In this document: positions 36,601 through 46,345 of the stretch, piece after piece | Layout of the letters: every line of letters begins with the position of its first letter | Numbering within the stretch: the first letter of the stretch is position 1 | Assembly (NCBI RefSeq): GCF_052425735.1 | Contig: NC_135758.1 | Location: forward strand, 38,502,001 to 38,566,000 | Direction of reading: 5' to 3' | DNA: 64,000 nt | Origin: Oculina patagonica | Lineage: Eukaryota | Position numbers and translations under genes: made by a program | The notes under the pieces: generated by a model | What the model saw: the letters and a program-made list of their open reading frames with translations, nothing else | The model's database searches: none | Told to the model about the DNA's origin: nothing

Positions 36601-38894
36601 GCAACAAACATTTGGTGCCACAATTCAAATGCTTGTTATATCTGAGGTGTCTGACTGCTTCAAAGCATGAAGCAGTTTTAGTTACGTTACAGTTGCACTG
36701 CTGAAACCTGTACATGTTAAACTGGATTTTAAGAGATCATGCCTTACTTCCAGAAATTGACAGTCAATACCTTAGCTGTTTTCCTTTTTTTAATTAAGTA
36801 ATGGATGAACTTAGGAAGTTGGGCGGGCTGTAGGTTTAGCTCAATGGCCCAACCCTTATGCATCTCATTACTCTCCCAAGAAAAAGAACTCAACAAGAGG
36901 TGACCATATTATCTGTTGCACTGTCTTTTTTGTTAAAGAATGATCTTGTTGTGACATGCATATCATATAGCTAAAAAAATAATAATATAAAATCACTTTT
37001 TTGGACAACATTGAGGAATACTGATCAATGCCTCAAGAAAAGTGAAAATTAAAGCAAATGGAAGAACTTGAATGTGAAACATGTACACATTTCTGTTTCC
37101 AAAGCTGCATTAACTTTCTGTTTAATTCTGTGTAACTTAAGGAGGGGGACATGGGGGCACCCTGAACAGTGACCGCAACACCACAAAAATAATACACAAA
37201 CACTGCATCACTGCAAGAAAATTTGACGAAACACTGTCGCCGCAATATAGTCAAGTTACTTTTGAATGAAAACGACTTGCTATTGGCAGCTAAAGTGTAT
37301 TAATGATCAACTAGACAGTATTTAACTGTATTTTGCCACAAATTAAACATATGGTATACAACAGCTGTATGTTGTATATGCTAGTATTATAAAGGACGGA
37401 TTAACGAAGAATAGCCGAGCTAAATTTAGTTCTGCAATTGTCAGACGAGAAACCGTAACACCGCCAATAATTTCGCTTCACTGAACACCGTAGGTTTAAA
37501 TAACAAAAACATCGCACGGTATTCTGGAAGGTCATGGGTTCGACTCCCGTTGGGAGAACTCAGAAAATCTTTTTTCCGCTTCTTCATTTACTGGTTCAAT
37601 AAATCCCTTATTTGATGGTTTAACATATAATACGAGCAGACACTTAGCTCATTGCTCGTATATATTTTCTTCGCCCCTATGGGGCGAGGAAAAATACTAC
37701 ACAACTCACAAAATATCCGCCCGTATTATATGTTAAACCATCGAATAAGGTGTATGAATTTAACATGCAAATGATGCAAAAATCAACCATGTGCAGTGTA
37801 TGAGGAAATGAACTCCCTAACACACTAAAACTCAACAGGTTAACTGGAGTCGACTGGAAAATAAATAAACAGATTTTGATCATTTTCTCCCTAAATCAGT
37901 TTACAAGGGAGGAAAAGATAAAAACATTTTTGGAGTACTGCTGGCTTGGTTGTTTATATTTTGAATATTTTAATACTACTCACTAACAAATGACACTTTG
38001 ATGTAAATTACATTAATGGATTGAATCTGTCATGTTAGTCTGTTTGTACACAAAAGTTTTATTATGTCTGGTAAATTACTATTTTCAAAGAAAGACGATT
38101 TTAAATCACAACAGGCCAAGTCGAAAAGTGAAATTTGATGACTCTTTACTATTAATTTATCATGCTAACCTATTAAAAATCAGCTTATATGTCATGCCTT
38201 AAAATTAAAATTTGTCGCTGTTTCTATCCGTTCCATTGAACACACATGGCTCCCTGGATTTTGCAGAAATAGTAAACATCCCATAAAACGGAGGATAATA
38301 TTTCTAAAGAGCTGTTACGCACATGTAAATAGAGAAATCTACGCATGTATGAACGAAAATTATGATTATTAATAACACCAATCAGCTGTCTGGGGTGAAA
38401 CATGCTCACACCGAACAATAGCAGACGTTTAGAAATCAAGTTTTGAAAACACAAAACGCGTAGTTGCAGTAAGATTTTCTAGACATTTCATTTATACTTC
38501 ATAAACGTCAAGAATGAATGAAACTGCACTTAGGCAATATACCAGCTGTTCTTGTTACGGCATGGATAATTTCGATTTCGTAAACTGAAATTCCACCAAA
38601 ACCCTGCCTTACCTTAGCTCCTTCGCATATCGCGATTCGATGTCGCTCCTTTCCTTTACGAACTTTGTTACCTTATCCACGAAATCGATTCCAGAACTCG
38701 TGTGGTTGGCTATAAGATCAAACTGGTCCTAGAAGCCAAAAGAAAACATGAGTAAGATATTCAACTCTACACTTCAACTGTGAATATCGTGCATGTCCAC
38801 TGATGTCGGATTCGAGCCAGGCGCAAGCTGCGACAAAAACAAGCGAGCAGTCAAGCTCTTGATCGCTTACCCAAAGTTCTGTTCCCCAGGTCAT
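22902..38894 (-). CDS. FNBP1L: CIP4-family F-BAR/HR1/SH3 protein (FNBP1L/FNBP1/TRIP10-like), 13 coding exons, ~528 aa
   Basis: join(38871-38894, 38613-38728, 34457-34504, 32488-32635, 31056-31118, 29461-29565, 28835-28963, 28386-28532, 26896-27066, 25175-25293, 24343-24475, 23703-23943, 22902-23044) = 1587 nt, phases consistent. Diagnostic start MTWGTELW|DQFD. Also [12 protein letters not shown]1 ([18 protein letters not shown]) and SH3 ([17 protein letters not shown]…GWTKV…EGYVPSAYI). Confidence 0.93.
23350..23483. mobile_element. Hairpin-type interspersed repeat, intronic
   Basis: Inverted arms atataacaaacacgagaaacagtgtttcat…atccaaacac and gtgtttggat…atgaaacactgtctcgagtgtttgatatat. Confidence 0.6.
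24644..24818. mobile_element. Tc1/mariner-pogo MITE
   Basis: TIR CAGTCAACTCTCG / CGAGAGTTGACTG with a TA duplication on both sides. Confidence 0.85.
24951..25108. other. Assembly gap (N run) inside an FNBP1L-like intron
   Basis: Run of n. Flanking exon phases (2/2) are compatible, so no exon needs to be missing. Confidence 0.99.
26532..26669. mobile_element. Hairpin MITE (TAGCCTGCGAGCAGGCTCTCT TIR) with ~8-9 bp TSD
   Basis: Perfect 21-bp TIR. ttctatcg occurs on both flanks. Confidence 0.8.
27835..27910. repeat. Degenerate pentamer repeat (CTCGN/ATCGN)n
   Basis: atcgacttgactcgacttgtctcgccatgcctcgcc…atcgtatcgactcgtctc. Confidence 0.6.
28066..28242. mobile_element. Right half of a Harbinger-like MITE rich in TTGCAA palindromes
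   Basis: Repeated ttgcaagttgcaa. Ends gtgtaacatggcct|tta. Confidence 0.5.
29998..30161. mobile_element. Hairpin MITE; partial second copy at ~57770-57865
   Basis: tgttgtgg…ttcaaaatttttcaaaccagtttgattt mirrored by aaatcaaactggtttgaaaaattttgaa…ccacaaca. Confidence 0.7.
30180..30813. mobile_element. pogo-like non-autonomous element, CpG-decayed
   Basis: TA|CAGTCAACT…GATAACTCGAA at the left end and TTTGAGTTATC…GTCGGCTG|TA at the right. Internal (tt)cgagtta subrepeats are partly mutated to ttgagtta. Confidence 0.75.
32670..33129 (+). mobile_element. 5'-truncated L2/CR1-group LINE (RT C-terminus, 3' UTR, (ATGTT)n tail), antisense in an FNBP1L-like intron
   Basis: IYKCLN…PKYL…YSLRG…[22 protein letters not shown]…FKRLLK is a typical LINE ORF2 C-terminus. 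It is followed by stem-loop ctcgaa…ttcgag, AATAAA and an ATGTT repeat. Confidence 0.88.
34599..34763. mobile_element. Short MITE (GGCTGTCATTAAG TIR)
   Basis: ggctgtcattaag … cttaatgacagcc. Confidence 0.6.
34798..35512. mobile_element. PIF/Harbinger non-autonomous element
   Basis: TIR GGGCCCGGACGCACTGG / CCAGTGCGTCCGGGCCC with a TTA 3-bp TSD. CpG-rich, so probably young. Confidence 0.88.
35731..36407 (-). mobile_element. L2/CR1-type LINE 3' end ([17 protein letters not shown] tail) nested in the hAT-like element
   Basis: Minus-strand AAG ACT CAT TTG TTT CAG AAG GCG TTT TTA AGC TAA from 36406. tgcgca stem-loop and (ATT)n tail at 35731-35800. Confidence 0.7.
35807..36274. mobile_element. pogo-like MITE, young, nested in the LINE tail
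   Basis: TA|CAGTAGAACCCCG…TAACTCGAAC and GTTCGAGTTA…CGGGGTTCTACTG|TA. CpGs intact. Confidence 0.9.
37515..37590 (+). mobile_element. tRNA-derived SINE fragment
   Basis: gaaggtcatGGGTTCGACTCCCgttgggagaactcagaaaa carries a B-box/T-loop but no full cloverleaf. Confidence 0.6.
37606..37750. mobile_element. Hairpin MITE
   Basis: ccttatttgatggtttaacatataatacg / cgtattatatgttaaaccatcgaataagg. Confidence 0.75.
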
Positions 38895-40324
38895 TTTAAC
38901 AATCAAAACACCACTAACTCAGGAAGTGTCTGAAAACTACAGGTCTAGAAATGAGGCCAGATTCCCTCGCTCATGATCAAAACGTACTTCTTCCAGAATG
39001 TCAGGATGCGATGGCACTTCATTTGCATATGAAGAACCGGAGGTGCAAGAATGTGCGGGCTCATACAGCTAGACGTGGGTGGAGCGAACTTGTAAACGCA
39101 CCCCGGAAAGAGGGGCCAACTTTTGCCAACATTTTCTCTTGCTACGATTATTTTTTTGACCAAGCTCTTGCCGAAAAATACAAGACACATTTATCTAAGG
39201 CTTTAATTAGAGAAAATTATTCTTTTCGTACTTTTAGAGACAGAGATTAGCAAGATAATTTCTGGTTATTGTCTCCTTAGCTCGCCTACTCGTCCGGACA
39301 CGGTGCCCGAAACTACCACCCACCGACCAACCCGGACACGCGGAAACGCGGTCGTAACCTTACGTGCCCAGAATCAGGATCGTGGAGGGAAGGAGTGGGG
39401 CGCTGTTGGGTGTCTTATGTAGTGAAAATTATTTTTTGAACGCAGTACGCGACTCTAATACAATTTCCCGTTGACGAAAGTAGTTTCAGTTTTTGAAAAT
39501 CGACCTACACCTTCGAAAAGGATGTAACCTTAGTTTGACTTTTATTGGTCTATTGTGGACAAAGAGATTTCTCACGTCCTTTCCCTATTTGCCCTCTCCA
39601 GGACACGTTAACGATATGGTAATACAGTGTTAGAATGGCTTGGCAGACTAGCCTAGCCTGAGTCAGTCCATTTAACAGCCTGACTTCCAGCGGTGGAGAT
39701 CATTCATTCTCCAGCAACCATCCCCAGAACTTGACTTCATGCAGACCTGAATTCTGAATACCTTTTGAGGCGACAAACTTTTTCTGTTTATAGCTGTTGG
39801 TGGAGATGACGACGACTGTACAAAGACGATGACGATGTTAACATAAACAATGCCGAGAGTCTCCAAAGGGCGGGGGGGGGGGGGGGGCGTACATGTTCCC
39901 ATGTTCCCAACAAAATTTTCGTTGTGTTCCCGTGTTCCCTAAGGTATTTCTTCGACTTTGGTGTTCCCTGTTCCCTAAATAATGCTTTTGGATTTTTTTT
40001 TCCGAGTTCGATGCTATTTGTTCCCCTGTTCCCAGTTTTATTCTCCTTTTGTTCCCACGTTCCCAAAAAGTTCATGGCCATGTTCCCCTGAGGGAGCCTA
40101 AATGCCGATGAAAATGGTGGTGGTGATCATGATGGCTATATTCTTGCTGTAGTGACTATTTCTGAACTGTTTCTGAGTGATTCTACCATGCCAGGAGTCC
40201 ATCACATTATTACTTTTTTTTTTATTTCAGTATCGATCTCTTTTGTCCTTGCTTTCAATGTTTTATATCTCATTCAATTTTTTTAGTCATATATTTTTCT
40301 CAACAAAAGCAGTATTAGACACTA

Positions 40325-40778
40325 CAGTACTTACCCGCTTATAAGAACCCATTTTTTTAAATTTAGCCTAAACGGGTTCTTTGTAAATGTGCTTAGTGGA
40401 TTTTAGGCACGCAGGTTCTTAAATAGGTTCTTATTTAATGATAAATATATTATACACCTGTGAATGGTAGAAAGGTGGCATGTATATTAATTAAATGCCA
40501 AAACAGGCCTGGCCTTTAGACAGTACAGTATGTGGCCATGACCCATTTTAGTAGATATTTTAATTCTCAGTATCAGGCTAAAAGTTGATTTAATGATATA
40601 TATCTAATGAACTATATGAAGATTTTTTTAGGTTAATTTCTATAAGAACCTTTCTATAAGAACCTGTTTCAAATTTTAGGCTAAATAGGTTCTTATGTAA
40701 ATGGGGTCTAAATAATAATTGATATTTTTAGGCTAACAGGTTCTTAAATTGCAGGTTCTTATAAGTGGGTAAGTACTG
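40325..40778. mobile_element. Tc1/pogo-type MITE
   Basis: TA|CAGTACTTACCCGCTTATAAGAACC … GGTTCTTATAAGTGGGTAAGTACTG|TA. Confidence 0.88.
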
Positions 40779-41372
40779 TACTTGTATTTTTACTCACAGA
40801 AACTCCGTGATTTCAATAAATCTCCCTTGATGCCTCTCATTGTCTGTAATTTTAATAAATTCACTGGATTCCTTCTTATCCTATTCTAAGCTCTCAGAAT
40901 CCGCTCTACGGATTTTATTCTAGTCCAGGTGCGGCAAAGCGCTACTGATAGACCTTTTAGAGAGAGACGTGCATAGCATTCCTATGCATCAAGGACACTT
41001 CGGTCAATTTGCTGCCACGTTTGCAGTTTGTAGTTTGCGAACTTTTCCATATCTTTGAAAGGGGTGCGAGAAAAGTGCCAAATAGTGTTTGATTAGGAAT
41101 CTGATGTCAAATAATTTCCGTGAAATTCGATGACTAGATTTCCGCGTAGCCCCATCCGGCATAACTATACATTCATTTTTTTAGAGTATCCAGCTTTTTA
41201 ACATCCTGTGATGAATGCGTTTTATGCACGTCAGGGTCTTTGTCGTCGCTTATAAAAATTAGGTTTCATTCGTTTTAAAGCAGCTAATACTCCATTTCTC
41301 GACACTGGAATATTGAGAGCTGGAATAATTATAATATCTTCTATCATTCTTGTTCGAAACTCTTTTCAAGAT

Positions 41373-41536
41373 ACTGTTGAACCCCGATTTCTCGAATGTC
41401 TAGGGAAAACGAAAATTGCTTCGAGAAATCTGAGGTTAAATTTCAGAGAAGTGCTATCCAAGGGAAATAAAAATTGGTTTGAGAAATCGTGAGCTTCGAG
41501 AAACTGGGGCTTCAAGAAATCGGGATTCCGCTACTG
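41373..41536. mobile_element. Degenerate pogo-like MITE
   Basis: ctgttgaaccccgatttctcgaa … gaaatcgggattccgctactgta, with tcgagaaatc subrepeats. Confidence 0.55.
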
Positions 41537-42827
41537 TAGTAATGCTCAAGTAATACTTTACAGTGCTCTGAAACAATATAACAATAGGAATCATATAGAG
41601 GGGAAAAAAAGAAGCCAAAAAACGTAATTATAGTCAGCACAGATTGATAGAACGGAAAATAGTAAGAGATCAGGGCCCGGTTCAAAAGACGATTAACGAT
41701 TATCCAGGATTAAAAAGCTAATCCAATTTTTATTTCTTTTTAGAAGTTACAGCTCGAGATTAGTCATACAAACTTTAAAATGAAGGACGAAACAAACAAA
41801 TTAATCATTTTTGACAACTTTCAAATCTTAATTCGTAGTTTTCAAAGAGATAAAATCACGCAAACGCGTGGCGAGCGCACGAAATCTCTCCAATCGACCA
41901 CGCCCCAGTTTTTGTAAAATTTGTCTCATCTTTCACGAAGATCTGACCTTTGCCAGTTTAAAAGAAACTATATGAATGCAAACCTTATACTTAACACTAA
42001 AGAATTTTTAAATGTTGGCAAACATGTCTTTTTTTTTTTTACAAAAGGTAGTGAAATATTTGACTAACCCACGATCAGGCAATTGTTTTCTGTGCCCTCA
42101 TTTACCCCTCGTCTATACAGGAGCGCAAAAAATTGACCTGATTGCATGGTACTTTGAAAAGGTAATATTGCTGTACCAACCTCTATTTCTCGCTTGTAAA
42201 TTAATGTTGGGGTATAAAGGAAAGTGGGCAATCTATTTTCAACTCTTTCTCTACTGAAGTCAAACCTCAAGTCAATCCCGTAAATTAAAATTCCGGTTAT
42301 AAATCTCCCCACGTCCCCCCTGGCTTAAAAGGCCGTCCTGTTATAGTCCCATCTTCTTTAGTCCCCCAGATAATAGCCATCCCATATCTAACTTTGTCAT
42401 ATTGTCATACTAACGTTTAGTTTGCAAGTAGACCAAAGATCACAACGCTTAATCAGAGTGATAAACTTAAAATTGGTATGTTGCTCAAGTCAGGGCCTTC
42501 AAGTTTTTTGTTTGCTCATTTCCAAAGGTTTTTTCTATGCTTTTTTCTCTTGATGCTACTTATAAGCCCCTCCGGATGTAAACTCATCCAAAACCCTTTA
42601 CGAGGTTGTGTAAACTTAGCGCTTATAATCTGGATTTACAGTAGGCCATTTCCGAGATGCCTTTTTCCTCTGTTTTGAAACGAGTCCTAGTGTTCAATCA
42701 TTGATATGGAAATGAATTTTACTTGCACTTGGCTTTGCCCTTTATTTCATTTCCAGATAAATGGTTGTGCACCGGGACTCGTTTGGAAATAGAGATAATA
42801 GAAGACTTGGAAATGGTTTATTAAAGT

Positions 42828-43173
42828 CAGGTTGCCACTCATTAGAACCCCCAAAACCCCCCTGACCTCGAAACAATTTTCACTGGCCTTGCATTAAGCG
42901 AATTATCATAGTAAATCAATCCACTTTCACATTTGCTTCAGCTTCATTTGCAGAGCATCGATAGTCTTCTCTTTATTTTCGATCTCTTCACGTTTTTCAA
43001 GGAATTTTGAACACATGGCATTTGACTTCACCAACAAACCAATTTTTTGCTTCAGCCAAAATTCCCTGACTTTTCACTGACTTTGACAAGAACTAAGATT
43101 TTTCATACTTTTTGCAAAATTCCTGACTTTTCCATGACCTTGAATTTTTGTTTTGTTTTCCCTGACCGTTGCA
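42828..43173 (-). mobile_element. Deleted DNA transposon retaining a transposase-like C-terminal coding relic
   Basis: Termini caggttgccac…ccctgac and ttccctgaccgttgcaa, with (cc)ctgact subterminal repeats. Minus strand reads GLLVKSNAMCSKFLEKREEIENKEKTIDALQMKLKQM* (~42926-43040). Confidence 0.5.
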
Positions 43174-44137
43174 AATGAAAGCTACTGAGCAGCCCTTTTA
43201 AGTGGTGCAACTCGTTTGGCTATATTTTTTATAGCTTTTTTCATGGTTTTGAACATGCACTTTTACTACGGTGGTGCAACCGGTTTGGGTATAATAAATG
43301 AGTGACAAATGAGAGATGGTAGATAGGCAGCTCGGTGAATAAATGAGAAAATATGAACGCGCGTTACATTTCATATTTTCTCGTTCGGATATATAATTTA
43401 TATATTTTTTTTGATTTTTTTAAGGTTTTGAACATGGTCAACAAGTTGGAGTGTAAGGCTTAAGCTATGCATCGTTTAGTTTTACAGGCTTTTATTTCAC
43501 AAAATAATTATTTTTCTCAGCCACTAAGACTGGGACAAGACCAATACAGTGACAAATCTTATCTAGCCTTAATCTACAAGAATTACAAAATATTTACCCC
43601 ACACCCCAACACCTGTAATTATTATTTTTACCTCCCTGGAAAGACAATGTATGATGTTGTCTGGAAACTACATAATAATTGTGAAAAAATTTTATGTCAT
43701 TTTGTTTACCTGTTTCAGGCTCTAGAGAAATAAACAGAGGTATATGATGATAAAAGATGCACTGATATTAGTTCCTGGACATTATCTGTTCCTCGAAGAT
43801 CATAGTTTTCCTCAAGCTTCTACTGTTGGAAAACTGATCACTTCTCAGAACAGATAATGTCTGTGGACAAATAAAAGTGCACATTTTCAAGCCAAGCGGA
43901 CGTTTTTGTTTATATAGGACATATTTTTTGGATAAAACCCCCAGCCCTCTGTAAATTCCAGTTTAACTTCATACTTTCCTTTAAAAAACTTTGGCTTTTG
44001 AATTCCCCTTCCTATAAGAATTCTGTGACCTTCTTTGGGGTGGGTATAGATATTCCCTGGAAATGCTTAATTCGATTGACAAGAAATTAATAATAATAAG
44101 AAATTAATAATAAGTTTCTTCCCAATTGGAAAGACCA

Positions 44138-45451
44138 TTAACCTTGAGAAACGCTGGCTTTTTGACTAAGAGTCCACTGCTTCAAAGCCTGAATTCCGTC
44201 TGCAGTCAATGCACAGTGCTTCTCAACAAACCCATCAGGAAGTGGGTCATCAAGACCAATAGCTTCACTAGCCTTCAATGCAATGCTGCCATCAAAGTTG
44301 ACAAAGCACAAACGCACAGTAAGCTCTGTCACTGGTCTGAGAAATGCAGGACCTCCAGGCATCAGAGCGACAGACACTTCTTCAAAAATTGCATCACACA
44401 TCTGCTGTGCAGTAGTAATACCACGATTGGCCAGAGCACATCTGATCACTTCAAAATCAGGGAACATGTAGAATCCCCCCTGTGGTTTCACAGCTTTCAC
44501 CCCAACCTCTGTAAGATGCTGATAACTGTAGTCGGCTACAGCTGCCAAAATGCGGCGCAGGTGGGCCATGTAAGCTTTGGACTCTTCGGATGGACTCATG
44601 TGAGTCACAGCAGCATACTGCATGGGTGCAGCTGCACATGAGTAGGTATGGCTGGCAGCACTTTTGACAGCATCTAACAAGGGCCTTAATTCTGGTGGGT
44701 AGATATGGTAGCCTACCCGCCACCCCCCAGCACTAGCCCACTTGGATAGCCCTGAACTCAGTATGGTGCCCTCCGGATAAAACTTGGCCAATGAACAGTG
44801 ATTTCCTGAGAAGTGTAAGCGCCCATAGATCTCATCAGACAATACAATTGCACTGTGTTTTCTCAGCACGTCGACCAATTCTTTCCAATGTCCCTCAGTG
44901 TACACAGTCCCAGTTGGATTGTCTGGGTTGACCAAAATAATGATCTTGTTTTTCGCAGATGACTGGCCAAGAGCTCGATCCAAAATGTCCGGGGTTACTC
45001 TCCAATCATGCCGGTACTCGGTCGTGATAACAATGGGATCATGATGTGTAAGTAGAGCTTGTGGTTTGAAGGTTGTCCACGTGGGAGACAATACAAAGAC
45101 GTCGCCATTGAACACGCTGAGAAGAAGAAAGATCAATTCTTTGGAGCCTGGTCCAACAATAACATTATCCGGCTTAACATCAAGACCATCAAACTCTCGG
45201 TGAAATTCGCAGATCGCTTTTCTCAGCTCTAGAATTCCAGCCACAGGCAGGTAGGCATTTTTTTCGGCGTTCTGGGTAAGGGCTGCTACAGCTGACTCCA
45301 TCACCGGGAACGGAGATTGACCAAACGCGAGATGGTAGACCGGCTTGCCGGCAGCCATTAGCTCTTTCACCTTCTCGTTCAGCAGCAAGTTAGAGGCAGG
45401 AGCATACTCGTAAAGATCGGAACGGATGAGATCTTCATGTTTTTGAGCCAT
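44138..45451 (-). CDS. Class I/II PLP-dependent aminotransferase (aspartate aminotransferase-like), 437 aa, intronless CDS
   Basis: Motifs YLPVAGILELRKAI, VGPGSKE, NPDNPTG, SDEIY, SGLSKWASAGGWRVGY (PLP lysine), PQGGFYMFPD, VRLCF. Confidence 0.95.
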   Translation of the reverse strand: MAQKHEDLIRSDLYEYAPASNLLLNEKVKELMAAGKPVYHLAFGQSPFPVMESAVAALTQNAEKNAYLPVAGILELRKAICEFHREFDGLDVKPDNVIVGPGSKELIFLLLSVFNGDVFVLSPTWTTFKPQALLTHHDPIVITTEYRHDWRVTPDILDRALGQSSAKNKIIILVNPDNPTGTVYTEGHWKELVDVLRKHSAIVLSDEIYGRLHFSGNHCSLAKFYPEGTILSSGLSKWASAGGWRVGYHIYPPELRPLLDAVKSAASHTYSCAAAPMQYAAVTHMSPSEESKAYMAHLRRILAAVADYSYQHLTEVGVKAVKPQGGFYMFPDFEVIRCALANRGITTAQQMCDAIFEEVSVALMPGGPAFLRPVTELTVRLCFVNFDGSIALKASEAIGLDDPLPDGFVEKHCALTADGIQALKQWTLSQKASVSQG

Positions 45452-46345
45452 CTTTCAAAGCTTGTCTTCACCCAGAGGAGGGGACACCGATCGAAAGACA
45501 TGAGAGGCGACGGACCGGCGACCGAACACAGCGAGAGTGGAGTGCGCGACCTGGAGCAGCGAAATGTGTGGCAATATCCCCGACTGTGAGATAGAGGAGT
45601 GATCATGCGATGTCAGATTGAAGAGCATCGAACGGTGTGAGAACGTGTAAGGACAATGAAGGAAGTCACCCGCCTCGGGAGCCGTAACAACGCAAGGGGC
45701 CCTGACACCGTCGCCCCGCGCCCCGAGTGAGAAGAGAATGCGATGTGAAGGAGTGACGAAAATGGCGGAGGTGTATCGCTGACCACGGAGACGAAAGCGG
45801 AAGTGGGTGACAACTCCGAAGGGAGAAGAGAGGGGAGACTGGAGCGGAAGAAGAAGAGCGGGAGGGAAATGATGGAGGAGGAGGAAGACGTGGTGGGAAA
45901 CGTCGCGAACAAGGAAACGGAAGATCCGACCCAAACACAACAACGCGACGAACGCCAGGGGAGAGGGAAAACAATCGTCCGGCCGAGGAAAACAACAACG
46001 AAAACGCGAAGCCCATGAGCCCAAGAAAGAAACGGAGAGAAGAAAAGAAACGGGAGGAAAATGCAAGAGATAGTGGACTGGGTGAAAGCAACGAGACGAC
46101 GGTGCGATGACTGCGTTGAAGAAGCCGAATGACGGCACTAACCTGGGGCGGGTAACCTCGGTCTTCACCAGTCTGAGTCGCGACCCGTGGGGGGTCGCGA
46201 TCGGACCCGTCCGGGTGGGAGAGGGCTGGTCCCGTGGAGGTCCCGTGAAGGAATCATCCGCGGGTCCCAGGATTCCCCGTCCCCCGTCCCATGAAGCCGT
46301 TCGGTCTATGAGTATCAACATGGCGGACGACTGTACAGTATAAAC
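45452..46345. promoter_or_regulatory. CpG-rich bidirectional promoter / long 5' leader between the aminotransferase (-) and the TMEM141-like gene (+)
   Basis: Head-to-head ATGs about 900 bp apart, dense CpG, GC box ggggcggg (~46145), YY1-like aaaatggcgg (~45759) and aacatggcgg (~46317). Confidence 0.7.

Noticed and set aside
37515-37590. tRNA gene
   Set aside because: Only a T-arm/B-box is present, with no acceptor stem or D-arm, so it is SINE-derived. Same for ggttcgactcc at ~2818.
39265-39540. Telomerase RNA, twister or HDV ribozyme identity for the structured island
   Set aside because: No CCCTAAC template (only taacctta). Twister L4 and HDV P3 pairings could not be completed.
44138-45451. 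Orthology to KYAT1/KYAT3, which would extend the 9q34/1p22 synteny
   Set aside because: Lacks the KYAT-type NLGQGFPD and SAGKTF motifs.
45811-46110. Plus-strand frame with NLS-like PRKKRR and degron-like DSGLGES
   Set aside because: Bounded by stops, with no acceptor and only a late ATG. Such motifs are expected by chance in purine-rich sequence.
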